Source: an uncultured Thermoanaerobaculia bacterium
GTDB lineage: Bacteria; Acidobacteriota; Thermoanaerobaculia; Thermoanaerobaculales; Sulfomarinibacteraceae
DNA length: 64,000 nt
Assembly (NCBI GenBank): GCA_964420405.1
Contig: CAYQTL010000011.1
Span: forward strand, 268 to 64,267
Direction of reading: 5' to 3'
Made by a program: the position numbers and the translations under genes. Every line of letters starts with the position of its first letter. Positions within the stretch are counted from its first letter, which is position 1. The notes beneath the pieces are model-generated. The model was not told the DNA's origin. It ran no database searches and saw nothing but the letters and a program-made list of their open reading frames with translations. Shown here one piece after another: positions 53,402-62,024 of the stretch.

Positions 53402-56287
53402 ATGGCAGACGACGGAAAGCGGCGGGCGTTCGAGGGGAGCGGGTGCGAGGTGCGGTGGGACCGGCTGACGCGGGAGCTGTACGCGACCGACGCCTCGCTG
53501 TACCGGGTGGAGCCGTCGGCGGTGGCGTTCCCGGCGGACTCCGCCGAGGCCGCCGCCGCGATCCGGGCGGCGGGCGAAGCCGGGTTGGCGGTGACGCCGC
53601 GCGGGGCGGGAACCGGGCTGGCCGGCGGCGCCCTCGGCGAGGGGCTGGTGGTCGAGATGGCACGCCGGGCGACCGCGATCGGGCCCCTCGACCGGGAGAC
53701 ATCCACGGTGCGCGTCGGCGCGGGTGTGGTGCTCGACCACCTCAACCGGTTCCTCCAGCCCGACGGCCTGTGGTTCGGGCCCGACATCGCGACGTCGTCG
53801 CGGGCGACCCTCGGCGGCATGATCGCCAACGACTCCTCCGGCGCCCACGCCCTGGTCTACGGCACCACCGCCGACCACGTGGTGGCCCTCGAGGCGGTGC
53901 TCGCCGACGGCACGGTGGCGTGGCTCGGCGCCGGCCGCGACGACCTTCCCGAGCTGCGGCAGGCGGCCGACGCCGTCATCTCCCGTCACGCGGAGGAGAT
54001 CGAGCGCCAGCTCCCGCCGGGACTGGTCAAGCGGTGGCCGGGCTACGGCCTGGACCGGGCACTGGGCGCGCCCGGCGACCTGTCCCGGCTGGTGGCGGGC
54101 AGCGAGGGGACCCTCGTGGCTCTGACCTCGGCGGTGCTGCGGGTGGTGCCCCGGCCCCGCCGGCGGGACCTGGTGGTGGTCTGCTTCGGCTCGGTGGAGG
54201 ACGCCCTCGAGGCTGCCGCTGAGCTGCTCGACCTGGAGCCGGCGGCGGTCGAGCACGTCGACCGGATCCTGCTCGACCAGACCCGCGGCAACCCGGCCTA
54301 CCGGCGCGCCCGGGAGCTGCTCGGGCTCGACGAGGCGCCGTGCGAGGCGGCGCTGCTGGTCGAGCTGTTCGACGACGACGGCGGCCGCGCGGCGGAGATC
54401 GGGCGCCGCGACCCGGGCCTGCGGACGGTGGTCTGTGCCGGTGCGGAGGAGCAGCGGCTGGTGTGGGAGGTCCGCCGGGCCGGCCTGTCGCTGCTCACCG
54501 GCCGTCCGGGTCCCCGCAAGGCGACCACGGGGATCGAGGACGTCTGCGTCCGGCCCGGACAGCTCGCCGACTACGTGCGCGCGCTGCGGGAGCTGCTCGA
54601 GCCCCGCGGCCTCGAGGCGTCGTTCTACGGCCACGCCGGCTCGGGGCTGCTGCACGTGCGGCCGGCGCTCGACCTCGGGGGAGCGGACGGGCCGGAGCTG
54701 CTCGCGGCCCTGGCCGAGGAGGTGTCCGAGCTGTGCCGCCGGTTCCGGGGCTCGTTCGCCTCCGAGCACGGCGTCGGCATCGCCCGCACCGCCCACCTGC
54801 GCGACCACCTCGGCGACGAGCTGACGGCGGCGACCGCGGAGCTGAAGCGGTGCTTCGACCCCGCCGGCCGGCTCAACCCCGGCAAGATCGTCGACACCGG
54901 GCGGTACCGGGTCGACCGCGACCTGCGGCCCGACGTCGCCGGCGCGCCGCTGCGGCTGCCGGTGGCCGAGGCATGGGCCTACCGCGAGACCGGCGGCGGC
55001 TTCCTGACGAACCTGCGGCAGTGCAACGGCAACGGCGCGTGCCGGAAGTCGACGCCCGTGATGTGCCCGACCTTCATCGCCACCGGCGAGGAGATCATGT
55101 CCACCCGAGGGCGGGCCTCCACCATCCGTGCCGCCCTCGAGGGCCGCTTCGGCGAGCCGGCGGCGGCGCTCGCCTCCGACGAGCTCGACGCTGCGCTCGG
55201 GCCCTGCCTGGCGTGCAAGGCGTGCAAGTCCGAGTGTCCGACCGGGGTCGACCTGGCGCTGCTCAAGTCCGACCTGCTGTGGGCCCGCCACCGCCACCGC
55301 GGCGTGCCCCTCGTGGATCGGGTGATCGCCGCCGCCGACACCCTCGGCCGCCTCGGCTCTGCGACCGCCCCGATCGCGAACCGCAGCCTCCGCTTCCGCC
55401 CGCTGCGGCGGCTGATGGAGCGGGTGCTCGGGATCGACGCCGAGCGGCCGCTTCCGAGCTACGCCGGCGACAGGTTCGACCGCTGGTTCGACCGCCGATC
55501 CGCGACCACGGACGGCCCCCGCGGCCGGGTCGTGCTGTGGGACGACACCTGGGTCCGCTACCACGAGCCGTCGATCGGCCGCGCCGCCGTGCGGGTGCTC
55601 GAGGCGGCCGGCTTCGAGGTCGTGCGGCCGGCGGGCCGGGCGTGCTGCGGGCGACCGGCGGCGAGCCGCGGTCTGCTCGACCGCGTGCAGCGGGCGGCGG
55701 CGCACAACCTGCCGCTGCTCGACCGCCTCGCGCCCGAGGCGGCGATCGTGTTCCTCGAGCCGTCCTGCTGGTCCATGTTCGTCGACGAGTACCGCCAGCT
55801 CGGAGTCGACGGCGCCGACCGGGTGGCGTCCCGGTGCACCACCTTCGAGCGCTTCCTGGTCGAGCTGCTCGACCGGGATCCGGACGCGCTGCCCCTCGCG
55901 GCGGGACCCTTCGAGGTGGCGGTCCACGCCCACTGCCACGCCGCCGCCCTCGACGCCGCCGACGCCGCCGTGGAGCTGGCGCGGCGGATCCCGGGCGTGC
56001 GGGCGCACCGGCTGGACAGCGCCTGCTGCGGCATGGCCGGCGCCTACGGCATGATGCGCGAGCACCGCGAGCTGTCCCGGAAGGTGGCGGCGCCGTTGCT
56101 CGACCGGGTCGCGTCGCTGCCCACGGGCGCCGAGCTGGTCGCCGCCGGGACCAGCTGCCGCCACCAGGTGGAGCAGCTCGGGGGCCGGCTACCGCTGCAC
56201 CCGGCCGAGCTGCTCGAGCGGTCGCTGCGGCCCGGGCGGGTGAGCGCCCGTGAACCCGGCGGGCCCGGTTGCCGTTGTACCCGATGA
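53402..56287 (+). CDS. FAD-binding plus Fe-S-binding oxidoreductase (GlcD-GlcF fusion, YdiJ-like)
   Basis: Motifs PRGAGTGLAGGALG, CNGNGACRK and CLACKACKSECPTGVD, plus C-terminal CCG-type cysteines (CCGRPA, CCGMAG). Confidence 0.85.
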   Translation: MADDGKRRAFEGSGCEVRWDRLTRELYATDASLYRVEPSAVAFPADSAEAAAAIRAAGEAGLAVTPRGAGTGLAGGALGEGLVVEMARRATAIGPLDRETSTVRVGAGVVLDHLNRFLQPDGLWFGPDIATSSRATLGGMIANDSSGAHALVYGTTADHVVALEAVLADGTVAWLGAGRDDLPELRQAADAVISRHAEEIERQLPPGLVKRWPGYGLDRALGAPGDLSRLVAGSEGTLVALTSAVLRVVPRPRRRDLVVVCFGSVEDALEAAAELLDLEPAAVEHVDRILLDQTRGNPAYRRARELLGLDEAPCEAALLVELFDDDGGRAAEIGRRDPGLRTVVCAGAEEQRLVWEVRRAGLSLLTGRPGPRKATTGIEDVCVRPGQLADYVRALRELLEPRGLEASFYGHAGSGLLHVRPALDLGGADGPELLAALAEEVSELCRRFRGSFASEHGVGIARTAHLRDHLGDELTAATAELKRCFDPAGRLNPGKIVDTGRYRVDRDLRPDVAGAPLRLPVAEAWAYRETGGGFLTNLRQCNGNGACRKSTPVMCPTFIATGEEIMSTRGRASTIRAALEGRFGEPAAALASDELDAALGPCLACKACKSECPTGVDLALLKSDLLWARHRHRGVPLVDRVIAAADTLGRLGSATAPIANRSLRFRPLRRLMERVLGIDAERPLPSYAGDRFDRWFDRRSATTDGPRGRVVLWDDTWVRYHEPSIGRAAVRVLEAAGFEVVRPAGRACCGRPAASRGLLDRVQRAAAHNLPLLDRLAPEAAIVFLEPSCWSMFVDEYRQLGVDGADRVASRCTTFERFLVELLDRDPDALPLAAGPFEVAVHAHCHAAALDAADAAVELARRIPGVRAHRLDSACCGMAGAYGMMREHRELSRKVAAPLLDRVASLPTGAELVAAGTSCRHQVEQLGGRLPLHPAELLERSLRPGRVSAREPGGPGCRCTR

Positions 56288-56334
56288 CCGCCGGCGTCAC
56301 CCGGCGGCCGCCGGCGTCGCGCCAGGGAGGATCC

Positions 56335-57237
56335 ATGCGGATCGGCTACATCGCACCCCTCGAGAGGGCCTGGGACCGGGTCGGCACCGTGCTGCTGCGG
56401 CCGTTCGACCCGGTCAAGTGGCTGGTGATCGGGTTCGCGGCGTGGCTCGCCGGGCTCGCCGGCAACTTCGGCGCCGCGTTCGGCTGGAAGGGCGACGACG
56501 TCGGGCTGGCCGATCTCGGTCGGATGGGCGACGGCGGCGGCGTGCTGGCATGGGCGTGGGCGATCCCGCTGGCGGTCGTGGTCCTGATGGTGGTGCTGGC
56601 AATCGTCGTGCTGCTGCTCTGGCTGTCGTCGCGGGCCAAGTTCATCTTTCTCGACAACGTCGTCCGCGACGAGGCGGCCGTCGCGGTGCCCTGGGCGCGC
56701 TACCGCCGGCTCGGCGACTCGTTGTTCCTGTGGCGGCTCGCGTTCGCCGCGGTCACGCTGGTGGCGATGCTCGCCGCGGTGCTCGTGCTGCTCGGGCCGG
56801 CGGCGCTGCTGGCGGCCGACGACGCGTTCCATGGCCTGTCCTTCGTCGGGATCTTCCTTGGCGCCGGGATCTTGCTGGTGCTCGGTCTCGCCGCCGGCTT
56901 CGTGCTGCTGCTCCTCGACTCGTTCGTGGTCCCCGTCATGTACCGCTTCGACCTCACGGCCACCGAGGCCTGGCGCGCCTTCCTGCCGTGGTTCAAGGCG
57001 CGGCCGGGGAGCTTCGTGCTGTACGCGCTGGTGGTGGTGGCGATCTCGATCCCGGTCATGGTGGCGTACTCGATCGTGTGCGTGCTGACCTGCTGCATCG
57101 CGGCGCTGCCGTACGTGGGAACGGTGGTGCTGCTGCCGGTGTGGGTCGGCTACCGGGCGTTCAGTGTCGAGTTCCTCGCCCAGATGCACCCCGACTTCGA
57201 CCTGTTCCGTCCGGGGGTCGTGGTCCGCACCGGCTGA
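56335..57237 (+). CDS. Polytopic membrane protein, hypothetical
   Basis: GGGAGG RBS. Six or more hydrophobic segments. No family recognised. Confidence 0.65.
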   Translation: MRIGYIAPLERAWDRVGTVLLRPFDPVKWLVIGFAAWLAGLAGNFGAAFGWKGDDVGLADLGRMGDGGGVLAWAWAIPLAVVVLMVVLAIVVLLLWLSSRAKFIFLDNVVRDEAAVAVPWARYRRLGDSLFLWRLAFAAVTLVAMLAAVLVLLGPAALLAADDAFHGLSFVGIFLGAGILLVLGLAAGFVLLLLDSFVVPVMYRFDLTATEAWRAFLPWFKARPGSFVLYALVVVAISIPVMVAYSIVCVLTCCIAALPYVGTVVLLPVWVGYRAFSVEFLAQMHPDFDLFRPGVVVRTG

Positions 57238-57276
57238 TCCCGAGGCGGCGGCGGCCCGCCGTGCCACACTGTCGCC

Positions 57277-58437
57277 GTGCCCCGGCTGCCGAGGACGGTC
57301 TACGCGCTCGGGGCCGTCAGTCTGCTGACGGACCTCTCGAGCGAGATGATCTACCCGCTGCTGCCGGTGTTCCTGACCACCGTGCTCGGCGCTGGCGCGG
57401 TCTCCCTCGGGCTGATCGAGGGGGTCGCCGAGTCGGTCGCGGCGGCGGTCAAGCTGGCGGCCGGGCGCTGGTCGGACCGCACCCGCGGCCGGCGCGGCTT
57501 CGTTCTCGCCGGCTACGGCCTGTCGGGGCTGGCGCGGCCGGTGATCGGCGTCGCCGCCGGCTGGCCGGCGGTGCTGCTGCTGCGGTTCCTTGACCGGATC
57601 GGCAAGGGCGTGCGCGGCGCCCCGCGCGACGCGCTCATCGCCGACGTGGTGTCACCCGCCGAACGCGGCCGCGCGTTCGGCGTCCACCGCGCCATGGACC
57701 ACGCCGGCGCGGTGCTCGGACCGCTCGCGGCGGCCGCCCTGCTGGGTCTCGGGCTCGGTCTGCGGGAGGTGTTCGTGGCGTCGCTGGTGCCGGCGATCGT
57801 CGTGATGGCGGTGATCCTGGGGTTCGTGCGCGAGCCCCGGCCGGCCTCCGCCGCCCCGCCCGCCGACGTCCGTTCGCCGACCGCGGCCGGGCCAGGCTTC
57901 ACGCGCCTGATGGTGGCGCTCGTCCTGTTCGGCCTCGGCGCCTCGACCGACGCCTTCCTGCTGCTCGCCCTGACCACCGCCGGGGTGCCCGCCGCCGGCG
58001 TCGCCCTGCTGTGGGCGTTGCACCACGTCGTCAAGATGACGGCCACCGCGATCGGCGGGCGGCTGTCGGACCGGCGTGGCCGCAAGCCGCTCCTGCTGGC
58101 GGGCTGGGCGCTGTACGCGGCGGTCTACGTCGGCTTCGCGACCGCCCCCTCCGCCGGCTGGGTGATCGCCTGGTTCCTGGTCTACGGCCTCTCCTTCGGC
58201 TGCACCGAGCCGGTCGAGAAGGCGCTGGTGGCGGACCTCGCGTCGGCGGGCCGGCGCGGCGGTGCCTTCGGCGTGTACCACGCGGTCGTCGCCGCCACGG
58301 CGCTGCCGGCCAGCCTCCTGTTCGGGGCGCTGTGGACGGCGGTGTCGCCGGCCGCGGCGTTCGCGACCGGCGCCGGGCTGGCCGCCGTCGCCGCCATCGT
58401 GCTGGCCGGTGTCCCGGAGCCGCAGGCACGCGTCTGA
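57277..58437 (+). CDS. MFS transporter
   Basis: About 12 hydrophobic segments. Two MFS motif-A-like loops (GRWSDRTRGRRGFVLAG; GRLSDRRGRKPLLLAG). Confidence 0.8.
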   Translation: MPRLPRTVYALGAVSLLTDLSSEMIYPLLPVFLTTVLGAGAVSLGLIEGVAESVAAAVKLAAGRWSDRTRGRRGFVLAGYGLSGLARPVIGVAAGWPAVLLLRFLDRIGKGVRGAPRDALIADVVSPAERGRAFGVHRAMDHAGAVLGPLAAAALLGLGLGLREVFVASLVPAIVVMAVILGFVREPRPASAAPPADVRSPTAAGPGFTRLMVALVLFGLGASTDAFLLLALTTAGVPAAGVALLWALHHVVKMTATAIGGRLSDRRGRKPLLLAGWALYAAVYVGFATAPSAGWVIAWFLVYGLSFGCTEPVEKALVADLASAGRRGGAFGVYHAVVAATALPASLLFGALWTAVSPAAAFATGAGLAAVAAIVLAGVPEPQARV

Positions 58438-58468
58438 CCCGACGGCGGACCCAGCCGCGTCCGGGACG

Positions 58469-58733
58469 CCACCCTGTGCGAGCGACACGCCGGAGGCGCG
58501 GCGGGAGTCGAAGGACATCCTCCGAGCTCCGGAGCCACGTCGCCTTTGCCTCAGATCCCGATCCCGATGGTGTCGGTCGCGTTCAGCGACAGCGGGACCG
58601 GCGTACTCGTCGGGAGCAGGAACCGGATCGGGATCGGGATCGGAACGGAGGCGGACGGCCTGCGGATCCCGGGGAGCTCCTCCGACTCCGCCCTCCCCCA
58701 CGGGGGTGTCCGCTCAGCAGGACGATGCCGGGG
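58469..58733. repeat. Complete composite palindromic repeat element (B'-H-S ... H'-B)
   Basis: Reverse-complement module B (ccaccctgtgcgagcgacacgccggaggcgcggcgggagtcgaaggac), then gatcccgatcccgatggtgtcggtcgcgttcagcgacagcggg, then ccggatcgggatcgggatcgg, then a degenerate forward module B. Confidence 0.8.
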
Positions 58734-58764
58734 CGGACGACAGCGATCGGTGGTGGGGCCGGCA

Positions 58765-60003
58765 TCAGCCGCCGGCACCGTCCTCCGCGAGCGCTGTGGC
58801 GAGCCGCCGGCAGCCCTCGTCGATCTCGTCCATGGTGGCGAAGGTGAAGCACAGCCGCGCGAACCGGCGGCCGTCGACCGGCGCCGCCACCTGCTCGTCG
58901 GCCGACGGGTAGAACGCCGGCCCCGGCACGAACGCCACCGCGGCCTCCACCGCCCGCCGGAACGCGGCGTCGGCCTCGTGCCGGGCGAGGCGCAGCCAGT
59001 AGAAGAAGCCGCCCTCCGGCTCGTGCCAGTCGGCGACGTCCGGCCCGAGGTGCCGCACGAGGGCCGTCCCCATCGCCGCACAGCGTCCGGCGTAGGTCGC
59101 GATCACATGCTCGAGGTGGCGCTCGAGGAGACCCCGCCGGCAGTACTCGGCCACCAGCGCCTGGGTCACGGTGGAGGTGCAGAGGTCCTCGCCCTGGCGG
59201 ACCATGACCATGGCGCGGACGAGGGTCGGGTCGGCGACGGTCCACGCGACCCGGACCCCCGGCGCGAGCACCTTCGAGAACGACCCGGCGTAGACCACGT
59301 GGGGTGCGCCGGCGGCGAGCCGCATCAGGCTGGGCAGCGCCTCGCCGCGGTAGCGGAGCTGGCCGTACGGGTCGTCCTCGAGCACCGGCACGCCGAGCTC
59401 GGCGGCGAGCTGCACGAGCTGTCGCCGGCGCTCGAGAGCGAGGCACGCCCCCGACGGGTTGGAGAAATCCGGCACCGTGTAGACCAGCTTGGGCGTCCGG
59501 CCCGTGGCCCGCTCGACCTCGGCGACCACCCGCGGCAGCTCCTCGACCACCATCCCGGCGGCGTCGGCGGGGACCGCGGCGAATCGCGCGCCGGCGTTGC
59601 GCAGGCAGTGCAGCGAGCCCGGGTAGGTCGGCGCCTCGACCACCACCACGTCACCGGGGTCGAGCAGCGCCCGCCCGAGCAGGTCGACGGCCTGCTGGGA
59701 GCCGGATGTGACCAGCAGCTCCTCGGGGCGGACCGAGCGTCCGAGGCGCTCCGACATCCGCTCCAGCAGGACCTCGCGCAGCGGCGGGTAGCCCTCGCTC
59801 GCGGAGTACTGCAGCACCGCGGGCCCGTCACGGCGGAGCACCTCGGCGCAGTCGGCGAAGGCCTCGACCGGGAACGCGGCCGGGTCCGGCAGCCCGCCGG
59901 CGAACGAGATCATGCCCGGCTGTTGGATGACCCGGAACAGCTCGCGGATCGGAGACGGTTGCATACGGGCGGCGGACGCGGACAGGCGGTACGGTGCCGG
60001 CAT
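58765..60003 (-). CDS. PLP-dependent aminotransferase (2-aminoadipate/aromatic aminotransferase-like)
   Basis: Motifs YTVPDFSNPSG and YAGSFSKVLAPGVRV. Confidence 0.82.
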   Translation of the reverse strand: MPAPYRLSASAARMQPSPIRELFRVIQQPGMISFAGGLPDPAAFPVEAFADCAEVLRRDGPAVLQYSASEGYPPLREVLLERMSERLGRSVRPEELLVTSGSQQAVDLLGRALLDPGDVVVVEAPTYPGSLHCLRNAGARFAAVPADAAGMVVEELPRVVAEVERATGRTPKLVYTVPDFSNPSGACLALERRRQLVQLAAELGVPVLEDDPYGQLRYRGEALPSLMRLAAGAPHVVYAGSFSKVLAPGVRVAWTVADPTLVRAMVMVRQGEDLCTSTVTQALVAEYCRRGLLERHLEHVIATYAGRCAAMGTALVRHLGPDVADWHEPEGGFFYWLRLARHEADAAFRRAVEAAVAFVPGPAFYPSADEQVAAPVDGRRFARLCFTFATMDEIDEGCRRLATALAEDGAGG

Positions 60004-60080
60004 CGGACCTCCTCGACGGTCCGGGATTGTAGCGCCGGCGGCGCGTTCCGCGACGCGCCGCAGGCGGCGCGCGAGGTGAC

Positions 60081-60878
60081 ATGGCGACCTGGATCATCGG
60101 CGACGTCCACGGCTGCTGGCGGACCCTGCAGCTGCTGCTGCGACGGATCGACTTCCGGACCGGCCGCGACCGGATCCGGCTCGTCGGCGACCTGGTCAAC
60201 AAGGGCGCGGGCTCGCTCGAGGTGCTCCGCTGGGCCGCCGGGCACGACGGCGTGGTGGACGCGGTGCTCGGCAACCACGACCTGCTGCTGATCGCGCAGG
60301 CCGACGGCGCCGTACCGCGCCGCGACGAGGACACCCTCGACCGGCTGCTCGACGCCCCGGACGCCGACGGGCTGGTCGACTGGCTGCGGCGGCGTCCGCT
60401 GCTGGCGCGGTACGACGACCTGGTGGTGGTGCACGCCGCGGTATGGCCCGGCTGGACGTGGCAGCGGGCGCGGGACGCGGCGGACGCGGTGTCGCAGGCC
60501 GTCGTCGACCCAGGGCGGCTCGCCGAGGTGTACCAGCGCCGCCGGACGCCCTGGCGGGACGACCTCGAGGGGTTCGACCGGGTGGCCGCCGCCGCGGCCG
60601 TGTTCACCCGGCTGCGGATGCTCGACCGCGACGGCGTCGCCCGCCTGACGGTCACCGACCATCCCGACGCCGTCGCCGACGAGCTGGTTCCGTGGTACCG
60701 GACCGCACGCATCCTGGAGGAGGGGCTCCGGGTGGTGTTCGGCCACTGGGCTCAGCTCGGCCTCCTCCGGGACGGCGCCGTCACGTGCGTCGACTCGGCG
60801 TGCGTCTACGGCGGCCCCCTCACCGCCATGCGCGCCGCGGACGGTTTCCTCGTCCAGCAGGAGAACGCGGAGGGCTAG
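60081..60878 (+). CDS. apaH: Symmetrical bis(5'-nucleosyl)-tetraphosphatase
   Basis: Motifs IIGDVHGC, LVGDLVNKGAGSLEVL and GNHDLLLIA. The stop TAG lies inside the terminal CTAG of the following element. Confidence 0.85.
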   Translation: MATWIIGDVHGCWRTLQLLLRRIDFRTGRDRIRLVGDLVNKGAGSLEVLRWAAGHDGVVDAVLGNHDLLLIAQADGAVPRRDEDTLDRLLDAPDADGLVDWLRRRPLLARYDDLVVVHAAVWPGWTWQRARDAADAVSQAVVDPGRLAEVYQRRRTPWRDDLEGFDRVAAAAAVFTRLRMLDRDGVARLTVTDHPDAVADELVPWYRTARILEEGLRVVFGHWAQLGLLRDGAVTCVDSACVYGGPLTAMRAADGFLVQQENAEG

Positions 60879-61042
60879 GAGGGCGTAGGGCATAGACTGA
60901 CGGCGCCTTTCGGGCGTCGTGAGCGCCCGTTTCCGGCGGATTCTCGGCCCGTACTCAGAGTACTGCGCCTCGAATCCGCCGAAAACGGGCATCTCACGAC
61001 GCTCCGAAATCCATCCGCCATCTATGCCCTACGACCTCCTAG
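60875..61042. mobile_element. 168-bp MITE-like palindromic element, copy 2 (inverted relative to copy 1)
   Basis: Terminal inverted repeats ctaggagggcgtagggcataga / tctatgccctacgacctcctag (21 of 22 match). CTAG at both ends. Confidence 0.85.
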
Positions 61043-61056
61043 TCGCCTCCCCCTCT

Positions 61057-61320
61057 CCGCGTCCGCGTCCGTGCAGCGGCAGCGCCAGGGAGAGCGACAG
61101 CATCAGCGCCGGCAGCGGCGACGGGGTCGGCGGTGCGGGCGTGCCGCGACGGCCGCTCGCACGCGTCGGGATCGGGGGCGGGGACGGGTTCGGGAGCGGA
61201 ACGGAGGCGTGCGACGGGCGGAGGCCGAAGGGGGTCCTGCGACCCCCGCCACGCCTCCCGGCATGGCGCTCGCCCCGGATGACGTCGCGGAGGCGATCGT
61301 CTCCCCCGGCGTCATCCTGG
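61057..61320. repeat. Degenerate repeat-family copy (P-S-H-B plus hairpin)
   Basis: ccgcgtccgcgtccgtgc, a degenerate gggatcggggg array, gggtcctgcgacccccgccacgcctcccggcatggcgctcgccccggatgacg, then the inverted cgtcatcctgg. Confidence 0.6.
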
Positions 61321-61355
61321 GCGATCGGAGCGCCCGAGAGGGCGCCGCCCGAACC

Positions 61356-61865
61356 TCACTCGTCGCCCGGCACGAGCTGCCGGAGCAGCTTGGGAACGAC
61401 CAGCCAGCGCAGCTCGGCGACGCCCTCCGCAGGGGTCCGCCAGGTGTCGCGATCGATGGAGACGCACGCCACCGCGGCGGTCGGGAAACGCACGACCGCC
61501 CCCGTCAGGCGGGCGATCGTGGCCGAGAGCGTCGGCTCGTGGCCAACCACCATCACCCGGACGAGGCTGCGGTCGAGGCGCGCGACCACGGCCAGCACGC
61601 CCTCCGGGTCGGCCTCGTAGAGGGCGGCCTCGAGGGTCAGCGGGCACTCCCAGTCGCCGGCGGCGGCGGCGAGCTCGGCGGTACGGCGGGCGCGCACGGC
61701 GGTGGACGACACCACCAGCTCCGGCACCAGCCCCGAGCGGGCCAGGAACCGCCCCGTCCGGCGGGCCGCCTGGACCCCGCGGGGCGCCAGCGGCCGGTCG
61801 TGGTCGGCGACCGTCGCGTCGCCCCACTCGGACTTGGCGTGGCGCATGACGAGCAGGCGTCTCAT
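61356..61865 (-). CDS. sixA: Histidine phosphatase family protein (SixA-like)
   Basis: Motif LLVMRHAKSEW...DHDRPLAPRG. ATG 61865 is preferred because a TATGAT box at 61883-61888 excludes the GTG at 61880. Confidence 0.75.
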   Translation of the reverse strand: MRRLLVMRHAKSEWGDATVADHDRPLAPRGVQAARRTGRFLARSGLVPELVVSSTAVRARRTAELAAAAGDWECPLTLEAALYEADPEGVLAVVARLDRSLVRVMVVGHEPTLSATIARLTGAVVRFPTAAVACVSIDRDTWRTPAEGVAELRWLVVPKLLRQLVPGDE

Positions 61866-62024
61866 GGAGCTTCCGTGCACACATCATACTCCGCGGTCCG
61901 TCCAGCGCACGGCGTCGCCGGTGTCGTCGGGTGCCGGCGGACGGTCTGCGGCAGGGCGACGGCTCCGGCGGCGGTCCGGGTTAGAATGATCGCCGCCGGC
62001 GGGCGCCCCGCCGGACCGCCACCG

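Noticed and set aside
50546-56164. A 1,872-aa minus-strand ORF, together with 22996..27171 (-, 1,391 aa), 6562..10710 (+, 1,382 aa) and 32103..35102 (-, 999 aa)
   Set aside because: All of them overlap genes with clear family motifs in other frames or strands, and their translations are Arg/Pro/Gly-dominated. They are not credible proteins.
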